57,226 nt of DNA from a virus (lineage: Duplodnaviria > Heunggongvirae > Uroviricota > Caudoviricetes), in the IMG/VR virus record IMGVR_UViG_3300025896_000022. One strand, given 5' to 3'. This document shows positions 39,413 to 49,133 of the stretch, piece by piece (the first letter of the stretch is position 1; every line of letters begins with the position of its first letter). A program made the position numbers and the translations under genes. The notes beneath the pieces were generated by a model. The model was not told the DNA's origin, ran no database searches, and worked only from the letters and a program-made list of their open reading frames with translations.

Positions 39413-40444
39413 TTAGTAAACTAAATCACTATTGTCAAAATATTCTATATTTAACTCTTTATATTTTGCAATTGCTTTATCCAAAATAGGTATCAAGGTG
39501 TATGCTGCTTTACTTATTCCGTGAACTTTTACAATATCACTAAAATCTTTTTCAAGACTAACATAACAAAATGGTATATTATGTTTTTGCAAATAATATT
39601 GCATACTTTCTATACCTGCAGTGTCACTATCCATATAGGTTACAACTGCTTCATATTTATTTTTAAGTGAATCAATCAACTCATCAGATAATTTAGTATT
39701 CTCACTATCTGGAGCAATAACGTCAATGTCTAATTTAGGAATACTTTTAATTGACATGCAATCTTTTAATGAAGAAGTAATAACTAAATATCTTTTTTCT
39801 TCTAGTTGATCCCATCCTTGCACATAATCTAGCAACTTCATGAACTTTCTATCACGTTTCATTGGTTGATAAATTTTATACATTTCATTGTTTACAGTAG
39901 TATATACATAAACAAATTTTGTTGCCATAGTAAATTCTTCATCAGTTTTAACATCACCAATATATTTTGTCATAGTATAACTTCTCAAAGGAATTACATT
40001 GTATTTTTCAAGTAACTTACTACCAATATTGTATTGAAGCCAGTATTTTGCATCATCTTTTGTCCATTCTCTAATATAATAATCAGATAATACCCATGAT
40101 GAAACAACAAAACTCTTTTTTTCAATCATTTTACCATCTTTTGTAAATGATTTATAATCATTCATTATGGTTTGACTTGCAGTTTTAAAATCTACTTGCC
40201 ACAATCTCATCATAAGAGCAGTTGGTGTACCTGATATTCCTGTAGAAAAACATTTAAAGACATATCTATTAGTATTACCAAAATAATGAAAATGCATTGA
40301 AGGAGTCCTATCTGCAGAATTAAATAAACTTGGTATTCTTACATGTTGTCCAGTAAGTTTTTCTGGTAAATCAAGATAGTATTCTAATATCCATTCAGAT
40401 GGAATATCATCAATACTATCAACATAATTGTTTAAACTAAACAT
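39413..40444 (-). CDS. DNA primase (Toprim)
   Basis: N-terminal DRTPSM...FKCFSTG, then SSLKD, APDSE and YMDSDTAG Toprim-type motifs. Start placed at MFSLNN, downstream of the terminator. Confidence 0.8.
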   Translation of the reverse strand: MFSLNNYVDSIDDIPSEWILEYYLDLPEKLTGQHVRIPSLFNSADRTPSMHFHYFGNTNRYVFKCFSTGISGTPTALMMRLWQVDFKTASQTIMNDYKSFTKDGKMIEKKSFVVSSWVLSDYYIREWTKDDAKYWLQYNIGSKLLEKYNVIPLRSYTMTKYIGDVKTDEEFTMATKFVYVYTTVNNEMYKIYQPMKRDRKFMKLLDYVQGWDQLEEKRYLVITSSLKDCMSIKSIPKLDIDVIAPDSENTKLSDELIDSLKNKYEAVVTYMDSDTAGIESMQYYLQKHNIPFCYVSLEKDFSDIVKVHGISKAAYTLIPILDKAIAKYKELNIEYFDNSDLVY

Positions 40445-40465
40445 ATCATTAAGTTTTATATTAAT

Positions 40466-40493
40466 AAAAAAGGGTAGACATAACATCTACCCT
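40466..40493 (-). terminator. Intrinsic terminator
   Basis: AGGGTAGA/TCTACCCT 8-bp stem, with a U-run on the minus strand after the 40518 gene. Confidence 0.75.
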
Positions 40494-40517
40494 AATCTAT
40501 TATTTATTTAATAATAA

Positions 40518-41255
40518 CTATGGAAGTTGTAAGTCATTTACATTATCTTCAAATACAGGTGAGCTATTTGCTGGATTAAAAATATCATCAGCAATAGGAG
40601 CTGGTGAAAACTCATTTATAGTTTCAGCTGTTTCTTCAGTAACTTTTTTCTCATAAATATGAATTGCTTCATTATACATAAAAAAGTTTGGATTTTCTTG
40701 AGTCAATGCATAAGCATATTTTCCTTCTACTCTTTTTGGTAAATATAAAGAATAGTTTGGAAAGTCAGAACCATCTTTGTAATATTTTTGTCCACCAATT
40801 GTAAAATACATCCAGAAGTCTGGTTTACAAACAAAACTTTTGATTGCAGCAACCAATTCTTCAATAGTAGAACATTCAATTTTAAGTGATTGAAATTTCT
40901 CAAGAATTTCCATTTGTTTTAGGAAACTACCTAAATAATTTTGAATTGATTCATCTCTTAAGATATTTTTACCTTTGTATACCCAGTCTTTAAAACCAAA
41001 TTGACCACTTCTTACAGAAGCAATCTGTCCTTTAAAATTTCCTCTTGTAGGATTATTTCTATCTACTTGCACACCTTCAAATCCATCACCAAGTTCTTCA
41101 CCTTCTAATACAAATACTAAATTATACTGATCCTTGTCATAAGGAGGTCTTTCTAATTTTAAATCTATAATTCTACATTTGTGTGTACCTGGTAATAAGA
41201 TTTTTGATACATAATTACCTTCTGCTGGATTGAAATCATTTAAACTAAACGCCAT
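40518..41255 (-). CDS. Putative single-stranded DNA-binding protein
   Basis: Beta-rich N-terminus, acidic tail ending DDIFNP...DLQLP, and position between an AAA ATPase and the primase. Inference. Confidence 0.5.
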   Translation of the reverse strand: MAFSLNDFNPAEGNYVSKILLPGTHKCRIIDLKLERPPYDKDQYNLVFVLEGEELGDGFEGVQVDRNNPTRGNFKGQIASVRSGQFGFKDWVYKGKNILRDESIQNYLGSFLKQMEILEKFQSLKIECSTIEELVAAIKSFVCKPDFWMYFTIGGQKYYKDGSDFPNYSLYLPKRVEGKYAYALTQENPNFFMYNEAIHIYEKKVTEETAETINEFSPAPIADDIFNPANSSPVFEDNVNDLQLP

Positions 41256-41302
41256 TTTTTCTAAATTTTAATTGTTAATTGTTACTTTTTTTACTTTTTT
41301 TA

Positions 41303-42070
41303 TTAATCTATAAATATTTGATCCCAATATGTTACAATAGTACCATTTTCAAGAGTTTCAGAAATAACAATTTCTTTATTTCTTAAATGTTCTGGTCTTG
41401 CACCACATAGAATATCATCTTGTGTTTTAAAACTCAAGATATTTTTGTCTCCTTTACGCACTAGATATCCAATTGCATCAGATTTTGATGTTGTAATATC
41501 TTTTAATTTACCTGTAAGATTTAGATCCAACGAACTAAAATCATTACCATTTTTAGATAACAAAGTATCTTTTACGTGACCTAATAAAATAATATGTGGA
41601 GCAAGATTTTTGATTCTTGCAGTCATATCATTAAATGCTTGACGTAACCACGGATACCCTGCACCATTTGCAAGATTTAATATATTACCATACTTTGCTT
41701 TACCAGTTGTTCTCCAGTTAGCACCCATTGGTGATAAAGAATACAAATGTTCAGCATATGGTATACACATGTCTTCTAATGCAGTAATGGTATCTAAAGC
41801 AATGTACTTATAAGGTTTACCAGCTTTTATAATTGCAGCTTCAATATCCATTAATTCTTTTACATTATTTGCTTTGATTTTCATTGCATCAACATAATCT
41901 GAACCACTTTCTAAATCAATAAGTAAACAGTCAGGTAATTGTGACAACAATGTTGTTTTACCAGTTTTTGGTTTACTAAAAATTATTAGATTCTTTGGAC
42001 TTTTTGTTACTGACATAACTTTTGCTGTTGGTAACACTAAACCTTCTTTTACTTCTGTTGTACTTGCCAT
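41303..42070 (-). CDS. AAA-family (Sak4/AAA_24-like) ATPase
   Basis: Walker A FSKPKTGKTT, IDLESG, Walker B ALDTIT, and LLGH. Confidence 0.8.
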   Translation of the reverse strand: MASTTEVKEGLVLPTAKVMSVTKSPKNLIIFSKPKTGKTTLLSQLPDCLLIDLESGSDYVDAMKIKANNVKELMDIEAAIIKAGKPYKYIALDTITALEDMCIPYAEHLYSLSPMGANWRTTGKAKYGNILNLANGAGYPWLRQAFNDMTARIKNLAPHIILLGHVKDTLLSKNGNDFSSLDLNLTGKLKDITTSKSDAIGYLVRKGDKNILSFKTQDDILCGARPEHLRNKEIVISETLENGTIVTYWDQIFID

Positions 42071-42696
42071 TTTTTACCTTCTTTAATTAGATTATTTAAC
42101 CATTTTTTGTTTGACATTGGAGTATTTTGTACAATACAATAAATATCTCTAATAGTCATTTGTGCATAATGATTGTCCTCTTTTTCTACGTATGATTCTT
42201 CAAATACGTTTTCTTCAAGTTCTTCAAACTTGGGTAATCCCATGTTTATATCACTTGAAATTTTTGCGTTTAATTCTGGTGCAATGTATTTGCTTTCAGT
42301 TTGATTTACTTTTTCTAATGAAGATAGTCTAAATGCATAAGAAGGATATGGAAGCATTGATCCATCTTTTTTTCTTGTTACTTCTACATAGTTTTCTGGA
42401 TTATCTCTCCAATCAAGATTGTTTTTGAACTTATAAAGAGTTCTTTTGCCATCTGGATAAGATTTATCATTCCAATCAAATAGTTCGACATAAACATCTT
42501 GATTTTTAGAAATCTGTTCACCATAAAATCTTAAAGTTTCTTCTTGTACTGAACCAAATTCATTACTATTATAACATAATTTTGCAAAAAATAATGGATT
42601 TTCAATACCCATTTCGCTAAACAGTGGTTCCCAATAAACTGCAAACTCAGCAGTTAATTCATTAATGTGTTTTTTCTTTACTGTTGTTGTTGACAT
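42049..42696 (-). CDS. Hypothetical protein
   Basis: 215-aa ORF in the replication operon. Confidence 0.6.
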   Translation of the reverse strand: MSTTTVKKKHINELTAEFAVYWEPLFSEMGIENPLFFAKLCYNSNEFGSVQEETLRFYGEQISKNQDVYVELFDWNDKSYPDGKRTLYKFKNNLDWRDNPENYVEVTRKKDGSMLPYPSYAFRLSSLEKVNQTESKYIAPELNAKISSDINMGLPKFEELEENVFEESYVEKEDNHYAQMTIRDIYCIVQNTPMSNKKWLNNLIKEGKKWQVQQK

Positions 42697-42739
42697 ACTA
42701 ATTTTAATTTTACATTTTATTAATTTAACTTTTAAACAT

Positions 42740-43738
42740 TTAACTTGAACTTCCTAATATTCTAGTAGATGGAGTAGGTGCTTCAATAATTGTCATTTTT
42801 GCATATTCTGCTTTGTACCATTGAATGCCAACTTCACCAAATCTATTCTTTAATATATGCATTGCTAATAAAAACTTATCATCAATAATATATTTATTTG
42901 GACCATAAAACCCTAAGTTGTATTTTGCTGGTCTATTAAAAGCAATCATTACATCAGCACATTGATTCAAAAAGTCACTTCCATAAACATCAGATTCTGT
43001 AGGGTAATGACCTTCGCCTTTACCAGTAGTTTTCTGCCTTTCTGGATCATCAATTTCTCGATTTAATTGTGTTAATATAATAAAAGTAATAGGTAATTTG
43101 TTTTTCATTTCTGTCATCATTATTGCAAGATTTTGTAAAGTAGATTGTTTATTACTTTCACTACCTGCTTGTTTGACTAACAAAGTATGATCAAGAGTTA
43201 TTACAAATGGTTTTTTCATAGTATTATAAAAACTGAATATTGCACTACGCATTTCATTAACTGTCAGTGCATTATCAATTACATATTCTTTTCTACCACG
43301 TTGTTTATTTGCATAATCTTTTAATTTGTCAAAATCTGCACTTGTCAATGGAGGCATTCCATCATCTTGTGCTGATTGTAAATATCTAATATTTAATCCA
43401 CTAGTTGCTGATAATTCGCGTAGTGCCATGTTTCTTCCAAGCATTTCAAATTGAAAATGCAATACAGCAAAATCTTGTTCAGGATTTAATTTCTGTAATT
43501 CTCGTGTTAATGATGCTGCTATAAGAGTTTTACCAACTCCAGGTCTTGCAGCAATTACATATAATGATTGCCATTCAATACCATTTAAACCAATTTTGTT
43601 AAATTGTTTCCATTGAGTTTTCAAAGATTTAATATTTCCACTAGCTCTTGAGTGAATATATTTTAAACCTTCATTCATAACATCACCATACTGTTTCCAT
43701 TCTATTTTTTTTGGTTCTTCACCAGCTGATGCAAACAT
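42740..43738 (-). CDS. dnaB: Replicative DnaB-like helicase (ATPase domain only)
   Basis: AARPGVGKT, FQFEM, LDH, LTQLNR and LKNRFG motifs. Confidence 0.9.
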   Translation of the reverse strand: MFASAGEEPKKIEWKQYGDVMNEGLKYIHSRASGNIKSLKTQWKQFNKIGLNGIEWQSLYVIAARPGVGKTLIAASLTRELQKLNPEQDFAVLHFQFEMLGRNMALRELSATSGLNIRYLQSAQDDGMPPLTSADFDKLKDYANKQRGRKEYVIDNALTVNEMRSAIFSFYNTMKKPFVITLDHTLLVKQAGSESNKQSTLQNLAIMMTEMKNKLPITFIILTQLNREIDDPERQKTTGKGEGHYPTESDVYGSDFLNQCADVMIAFNRPAKYNLGFYGPNKYIIDDKFLLAMHILKNRFGEVGIQWYKAEYAKMTIIEAPTPSTRILGSSS

Positions 43739-43761
43739 ATAAAGTTTAAATTAAGTGATTA

Positions 43762-43769
43762 CAAATATA
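43762..43769 (-). promoter_or_regulatory. Bacteroidota sigma-70 -7 element (TATATTTG)
   Basis: Matches the TAnnTTTG consensus about 24 nt upstream of dnaB. Confidence 0.5.
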
Positions 43770-43796
43770 ATAAACTTTTAAGATTTAAAAAAGTAT

Positions 43797-44534
43797 TTAC
43801 CATGTAATTTTAGATTTTTTATTAAAAATTAAAGTGTTATTTACTTGATTAAATATGTCATTACAATTCCAATCTTCATCTTTTTTGTATGCAGCAGATG
43901 CTGGATGCGAACATTTAAGAATTTGTGTATTTCTTAATATGTTGTCAATAAGATCTTCATTTTCTTGTGCTTGTTTACCAATCAACACCCATACAAAATC
44001 TTCATTTCTTGAATTAAGCATGTCAATAAGATATTTTATAAAAGGATCCCATATTGGTATATGTTTACCTATTTTGTCAATTTCTGTGGTTAATGATGTA
44101 TTTAACATTAACACACCTTGATTTGACCAGCGTTTTAAATCTGGATCAAGTTTTGTTATATCTAATTTGTCAGAATAAACAGTTTTGTTTATTGCTTTAA
44201 ATATAAATTTTAGCGAAGGTTGTTGTTTTTTAGTATTACCACATGAAAAAGCAATTCCATCAGCAACGCCAATTGTAGGATATGGATCTTGTCCAATCAT
44301 TATTACATTTAAAGTATTTAATGGACATTCCATAAATGCATTAAACACTTGTTTTAATGGTGGTGTAAACCTGTTTCCTTCATCAACACAATTCTCAAGA
44401 ACTCTTATTATATGAAAAAAATCTTCAGATAACAAAAATCCTTTAAGTAAGTCATGCCAACCAGATGGTTTAAGCATTTCATACAATTTTCTTGCATACT
44501 CTTCAGGAGTAAATTTATTTGGTATATTTGACAT
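43797..44534 (-). CDS. ung: Uracil-DNA glycosylase family 1
   Basis: IGQDPYP, GIAFS, PSL, GVLMLNTSLT and SHPAS motifs. Confidence 0.93.
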   Translation of the reverse strand: MSNIPNKFTPEEYARKLYEMLKPSGWHDLLKGFLLSEDFFHIIRVLENCVDEGNRFTPPLKQVFNAFMECPLNTLNVIMIGQDPYPTIGVADGIAFSCGNTKKQQPSLKFIFKAINKTVYSDKLDITKLDPDLKRWSNQGVLMLNTSLTTEIDKIGKHIPIWDPFIKYLIDMLNSRNEDFVWVLIGKQAQENEDLIDNILRNTQILKCSHPASAAYKKDEDWNCNDIFNQVNNTLIFNKKSKITW

Positions 44535-44541
44535 TTATGTA

Positions 44542-44549
44542 TACATTTG
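44542..44549 (+). promoter_or_regulatory. Bacteroidota sigma-70 -7 element (TACATTTG)
   Basis: Matches TAnnTTTG 26 nt upstream of the lone + strand gene at 44576. Confidence 0.45.
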
Positions 44550-44575
44550 TGTATTAATTAATTAAAAATTTTTAT

Positions 44576-44935
44576 ATGGCATCTACAAAAAAATCAAAAA
44601 AAGAAATTTTTGACAAAGAAACTTTACCTGATACATTTGAGGTAATTGAACAAACAGCAATTGTCAATGTTCAAATTAGTTATAGTTTTTTTAATCGCTT
44701 ATCTATTGTATATCAAGATATACTTCAAAGTAAATCACAAGAAGAAATTACTACAGCATTTGAACAAATTAAAAATGGAACAGTTGCAGAACTTTGGATT
44801 CAGAATCTTGAAACCATGTTAATTCTGTTAAAGGAGTTTCAAAAAAATGCTCAAGCAGAAGGTAAAGTTAAAAAAGTATCTAAATCTGATTATGAAGAAA
44901 TGATTAAAAAGTCTTTAGATACTGATCAAAAATAG
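44576..44935 (+). CDS. Hypothetical helical protein (opposite orientation)
   Basis: 119-aa ORF fills the gap between - strand genes, has an A-rich start context and overlaps the convergent gene by 10 nt. Confidence 0.65.
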   Translation: MASTKKSKKEIFDKETLPDTFEVIEQTAIVNVQISYSFFNRLSIVYQDILQSKSQEEITTAFEQIKNGTVAELWIQNLETMLILLKEFQKNAQAEGKVKKVSKSDYEEMIKKSLDTDQK

Positions 44936-45303
44936 TATCCTATAAAGTTACCAATTTCTATACACATTTGTATAGCATCTGATAATTCTTTTTTACTACA
45001 TTCAGAAAAACTTTTATATTTGTGAGAAGCAGGATCGACAAGTCCTGCTTTTTCTTTTACTGTTTCTTTCATTTCTTCAAATGTATTACCAGTTTCTCGT
45101 GCAAGTTCTCTTATACAAGCATGAACTTTAGCAAGTTGACCTGAAGTTTTATCATCTTCGTCAACTATTTTTGTAATATATAATTCAATTATTTGTCCTT
45201 CTTCTAAATCTTTTCTGAATTCTAAATATTTTGTTGTATCCTGCGTAGTTACAGGTTTTAATTCACCATCTCGTTTAACAAATCTAACTGTTATGTTTTG
45301 CAT
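44926..45303 (-). CDS. Hypothetical protein, NinB-like candidate
   Basis: QLAKVHACIRELARETG...S..CSKKELS.AI pattern; family assignment is weak. Confidence 0.4.
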   Translation of the reverse strand: MQNITVRFVKRDGELKPVTTQDTTKYLEFRKDLEEGQIIELYITKIVDEDDKTSGQLAKVHACIRELARETGNTFEEMKETVKEKAGLVDPASHKYKSFSECSKKELSDAIQMCIEIGNFIGYYF

Positions 45304-45314
45304 AATTTATATTT

Positions 45315-46412
45315 TTAAACAATTTTCCAAGTAATTTTTTCTTGATCTAAATCACTTAATGCACTTGTAACCCAGTCAATATCAACAGTATTTTCATATG
45401 CCAAAATATGAATAATTGATTGTTGATCAGGATTTAATCTTAAAAGTCTTCCAATTCTTTGACTACTTTTTCTTTCATTACCATATGCATGAAGTATTAT
45501 ACCATATTTTAAATTTGGTATATTGACACCTTCATTTAATTGCTGTACAGAAGATAAACACATGATTTCTCCAGATTTGAATTTTTCAAGATTTGAATCA
45601 CTGTTTGGATTTTTACTATGATAACTATTGTCACAAACTCGATCAGCTTGCTCTGTAGTATTACAAAATATAATACACTTGTCATTTAAATCACCAAGAA
45701 TCGTTTGAACATGATTTTCTTTAGTTTTATACTGCATCAATCCTTGCATGCGCATTATTCTAAACATCTGTTTTGACTTGATAGAAAACTCTTTATCAAT
45801 TTTATTTGTCCAGTATTGATAATGGTCATGTTCAGATGTCATAAATCCACCACCATTTTTAGTAGAAACTTTAAATGTTTTATATCGAGATAATGGTAAT
45901 AAATGCACTATTATACGATAATCATTAAGTATATTATCATCAATTGCATCATCAGTTAAATAACTATATACAATTGGACAATACTTTTGTACCATTTCAC
46001 CTTTTTCTGAATTTTTAAATCTTGGTGGAGTACCAGATAATCCAAGTATTTTACCAGCAAAAAACATTAAATGTATATCATGTGAGTTTAACAAGTTATG
46101 ACATTCATCAAGATAAATACAATCAAAATCTACACCTTGATTTTTTAATGATATATAAGTTGAAAACTTAATATGTTTTAATAAATGTACAAGGTTGAAC
46201 TTTTCTGCGTCATCTTTCCATGATTGAAAGATTGATAATTTAGGTGCAACTACTAGAAACTTTCTAGCTCCTTTGTCAAATTCTTTTGACATATGTTGTA
46301 ATCCTATAAAAGTTTTACCAACCCCCATGGAAATTCCTAAACCACAACGATGAACATTTTCTACAGCATTTAATGCTTCTTTTTGAATCTGTTCTCGTTT
46401 ATTTTGTTTCAT
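45315..46412 (-). CDS. Superfamily II helicase
   Basis: MGVGKT, LDECH, LSGTP, EGVNIP and QRIGRLLR motifs. Start placed at MKQNK. Confidence 0.88.
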   Translation of the reverse strand: MKQNKREQIQKEALNAVENVHRCGLGISMGVGKTFIGLQHMSKEFDKGARKFLVVAPKLSIFQSWKDDAEKFNLVHLLKHIKFSTYISLKNQGVDFDCIYLDECHNLLNSHDIHLMFFAGKILGLSGTPPRFKNSEKGEMVQKYCPIVYSYLTDDAIDDNILNDYRIIVHLLPLSRYKTFKVSTKNGGGFMTSEHDHYQYWTNKIDKEFSIKSKQMFRIMRMQGLMQYKTKENHVQTILGDLNDKCIIFCNTTEQADRVCDNSYHSKNPNSDSNLEKFKSGEIMCLSSVQQLNEGVNIPNLKYGIILHAYGNERKSSQRIGRLLRLNPDQQSIIHILAYENTVDIDWVTSALSDLDQEKITWKIV

Positions 46413-46683
46413 TTGTTTTTTTCTTTTTGTAAACTTTGTGTTTTGGAAATTCAACTTTTGTATTTTCAATTTCTTTTTCTAACTTTTCTTTTTTTTCAAA
46501 AAGTTTTATGTAGTTATAATCTTCTTTATTTACCCATCTAATACCTAGACAAAATAAATTGTATTTTCTATGAAACCAAGATGGTTTTTCTTGCATCCAT
46601 AATAATAATCCTTGACTTTTTGTTGCTTCTTCTTGAGTTTTTGTACCCATTACATAGCATCCTACAAACTTACTGTTATCCAT
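46399..46683 (-). CDS. Hypothetical protein
   Basis: 94-aa ORF coupled to its neighbours. Confidence 0.55.
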   Translation of the reverse strand: MDNSKFVGCYVMGTKTQEEATKSQGLLLWMQEKPSWFHRKYNLFCLGIRWVNKEDYNYIKLFEKKEKLEKEIENTKVEFPKHKVYKKKKTNETK

Positions 46684-46684
46684 T

Positions 46685-47095
46685 TTATATTCTGTTTTGT
46701 GAAAATTTTAATTCTTTTGCTTTTATTGGATTATTTTCAATCCAGTTATGGCATGACCTACATAGTGGAATCCATGTAGACACATCATTTTGATATTCAT
46801 GTCTACCTTTGGTATGATGAACATCTGTTGCAACTATTGCGCATTCATGCAATCTTGCTTTACATGCTTTATTGTTATCATCTTGAAAAAACTTATTTCT
46901 CAATACAGTATACAATTGATCTTGTATACTTTTTTTGTCAGATTTTGGTTTTATTGGTGATGGAATTTTTTTTGGAAGCGGAGTCAAGTTGTCCTTTAAC
47001 CAACATTGTCTACAATATTTATTGCCATTGTGGTTTTTCCATATAACTTGTTCAGTTTCGCAACTGCGACAAATCTTTTTTTTTACTTCGATCAT
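46685..47095 (-). CDS. HNH endonuclease-like protein with N-terminal Zn finger
   Basis: CRSC...CRQC, then C.ARLHEC...DVHH...PLCRSCHNWIE. Confidence 0.75.
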   Translation of the reverse strand: MIEVKKKICRSCETEQVIWKNHNGNKYCRQCWLKDNLTPLPKKIPSPIKPKSDKKSIQDQLYTVLRNKFFQDDNNKACKARLHECAIVATDVHHTKGRHEYQNDVSTWIPLCRSCHNWIENNPIKAKELKFSQNRI

Positions 47096-47383
47096 TTACT
47101 GTTCTATGTTGTCGTAATCTATAAAATCATCGTCAAGCAGCTTTTCTTCGGGTAAAATTGTTGTTAAGTCTTCTAGTTCTTCCTCAGTAAAATCTTCATC
47201 ATCAGAAAAATCTATTTCATCTGGAGTTGAAGGACCATGTTTTAAAACACTAAATATAAAAGGATCATTGTATTCTTCACCATGATTGTAAGCAACAAGA
47301 CCTTTTAATTCTTCATCAGTCATTCTTAAGTATTGTTCTATTGACATTTCAACACTTTTACCATTAGGCAATTGATATATCAT
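47096..47383 (-). CDS. Acidic hypothetical protein
   Basis: MIYQLPNGKSVEMSIEQYL..., with a very acidic C-terminus. Start placed at 47383. Confidence 0.6.
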   Translation of the reverse strand: MIYQLPNGKSVEMSIEQYLRMTDEELKGLVAYNHGEEYNDPFIFSVLKHGPSTPDEIDFSDDEDFTEEELEDLTTILPEEKLLDDDFIDYDNIEQ

Positions 47384-47498
47384 TATCGTATTTTTTAAAT
47401 ATACTACTAAAGTACTATATATAAACACACTATATTTGATTTACTATTGCCTAATAATAAATACTTTCTACTATAACGCTATGATTTATAAATTACTA

Positions 47499-47660
47499 TT
47501 ATTTTAATTTATCTTTAAATGCAAATTTTATTCCAATGATAAACCAAAATACATGAGCATAAAACATATAATGAAATTTTGAAACAATTGATTCTTTTTT
47601 TATAAATATACCAAAACCAAATTTTCTATTGTTTATATTGTATATATGATGAAATTTCAT
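47499..47660 (-). CDS. Small hydrophobic/basic protein
   Basis: MKFHHIY...; ATG 1 nt after the dUTPase stop. Confidence 0.4.
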   Translation of the reverse strand: MKFHHIYNINNRKFGFGIFIKKESIVSKFHYMFYAHVFWFIIGIKFAFKDKLK

Positions 47661-47661
47661 A

Positions 47662-48078
47662 TTAATTACCTGTTGAACCATAACCACCTTCACCTCTATC
47701 AGTAGAAGATAATTCATCAACTTCTTCAAAAGTTATTTGTGGATAAGGTAATATTACTAATTGACCAATCTTGTCACCAATTTGGTATACATTTTCTTTT
47801 ACGTATCCAAATTTAAATAATACTTCACCTCTGTATCCTGAATCAATAACACCAACACTATTACGTAAGTGTAAATCATATTTAGAAATACTACTTCTAG
47901 GAAATACAAGTCCTACATGACCTTCAGGAATTTCAATTGCAAGACCAGTATGATAAACTATGTTATCAAATTCATCAAATACAAAATCAACACATGTAAA
48001 ATCCATACCAGCATCTTCTGGTTTTGCGTAAGAAGGAATTGTTGCAGCTTCGTGCAATTTTTTAATTTTAACTTGCAT
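47662..48078 (-). CDS. dut: Trimeric dUTPase
   Basis: AGMDF, PRSS, GVIDSGYRGE, GQLV and RGEGGYGSTG correspond to dUTPase motifs I-V. Confidence 0.95.
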   Translation of the reverse strand: MQVKIKKLHEAATIPSYAKPEDAGMDFTCVDFVFDEFDNIVYHTGLAIEIPEGHVGLVFPRSSISKYDLHLRNSVGVIDSGYRGEVLFKFGYVKENVYQIGDKIGQLVILPYPQITFEEVDELSSTDRGEGGYGSTGN

Positions 48079-48121
48079 AATTATTTATTTATTAATTTTT
48101 ACAATATTACTTATTAAATTA

Positions 48122-48159
48122 TTATAAACCAAGAACTGTCATTAATTCTTGGTTTATAA
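48122..48159. terminator. 14-bp perfect inverted repeat, likely terminator
   Basis: ttataaaccaagaa-N10-ttcttggtttataa, just after the His-rich module. Confidence 0.65.
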
Positions 48160-48171
48160 AATTTAAATTAT

Positions 48172-48426
48172 TTAATCAAATACAAAAGAAACTTTTTGAT
48201 TGAAAGGATTAAACTCTACTTGGTTAAACTTATAATAGTTACCAGCTGGAAGTTTAATTATATCATGTTCTTCGTGTGTAATTGTTGCTTCTTTTGCAAC
48301 ATTAAACTTAATTATACTATTTTCTAAGTGTTCATAAGTCATTTTTTTGTCAGATATAACTGCATGTGTATTAGCAAAATCACCTGATGCTAGTACAATT
48401 CTATTGGATTTTAATTCTTTTGACAT
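48172..48426 (-). CDS. Small cupin-like HEEH protein
   Basis: VLASGDFANTHAV...ITHEEH..IKLPAGNY...QVEFNP pattern. Confidence 0.6.
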   Translation of the reverse strand: MSKELKSNRIVLASGDFANTHAVISDKKMTYEHLENSIIKFNVAKEATITHEEHDIIKLPAGNYYKFNQVEFNPFNQKVSFVFD

Positions 48427-49133
48427 TATGTTTGAGATTGAATTAATAAACTATATGTTTTATAATCTAAATGATAAGGTGTACATACTTCTGAATCATC
48501 ATTTGCTTCAACAATAAATATATCACCTTGTCTATAAATTGCTTTTGGATTTGTAATACCAATTCTACATGTCCATGCAATAGCTTCTAATGCAGATTCT
48601 TTTAATCCAATTTCTGTTGGCACATATAACCAATACTCTCTAGCTGTAGTAGTACAAAAACATTTAACTGCATATACTGTACTGTTTTTTCTTTGCCATT
48701 CATTTATTGTACTACCAAATAATTTTGCACCATTAATTGAATACAATCTATATGTGTCAAGACCAGTTTGTATATACTCTTTTCCATCTTTGTCCCAACG
48801 TTTATTATTTAAAACAACATCTTTTATGTCTAATAAATCTGGTTCAGCATGCTGAAAAACTTTTTCTATTCCAATAACATCAAAATAAAGTCTACGTTTT
48901 TCTACATTTTCTTGTTCAAATGCTTCACTTACTTCGATTGGTTCTATGTCTGACCATACGGTAGCAACATAATCTCCAAATTCTTCTAGTGATTCATAAA
49001 TAATTACATTTTTGAGAAATTCGTTAAATGTAGAATAACTAGTTTTCCATAATTTAAGTGCTTCATCTAATGAAACACCTGTAACATTCCTTACTGTGAA
49101 TGTATAACTTTCAAATTTATTCATTGTTTTCAT
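48426..49133 (-). CDS. Hypothetical protein (DUF6745-like, recalled)
   Basis: NVEKRR.YFDVIGIE, CTTTAREYWLYVP, ALEAIAWT and YRQGD motifs. Confidence 0.5.
   Translation of the reverse strand: MKTMNKFESYTFTVRNVTGVSLDEALKLWKTSYSTFNEFLKNVIIYESLEEFGDYVATVWSDIEPIEVSEAFEQENVEKRRLYFDVIGIEKVFQHAEPDLLDIKDVVLNNKRWDKDGKEYIQTGLDTYRLYSINGAKLFGSTINEWQRKNSTVYAVKCFCTTTAREYWLYVPTEIGLKESALEAIAWTCRIGITNPKAIYRQGDIFIVEANDDSEVCTPYHLDYKTYSLLIQSQT

Noticed and set aside
34924-43738. Inteins or self-splicing introns in PolB, primase or DnaB; the unusual NTDG polymerase motif
   Set aside because: The genes are uninterrupted and of compact length. NTDG in place of YGDTDS is, to my knowledge, usual for crAss-like PolB.
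47431-47438. TATATTTG on the + strand as a promoter
   Set aside because: No credible + strand ORF follows. It could be chance in AT-rich DNA, although antisense transcription is not excluded.
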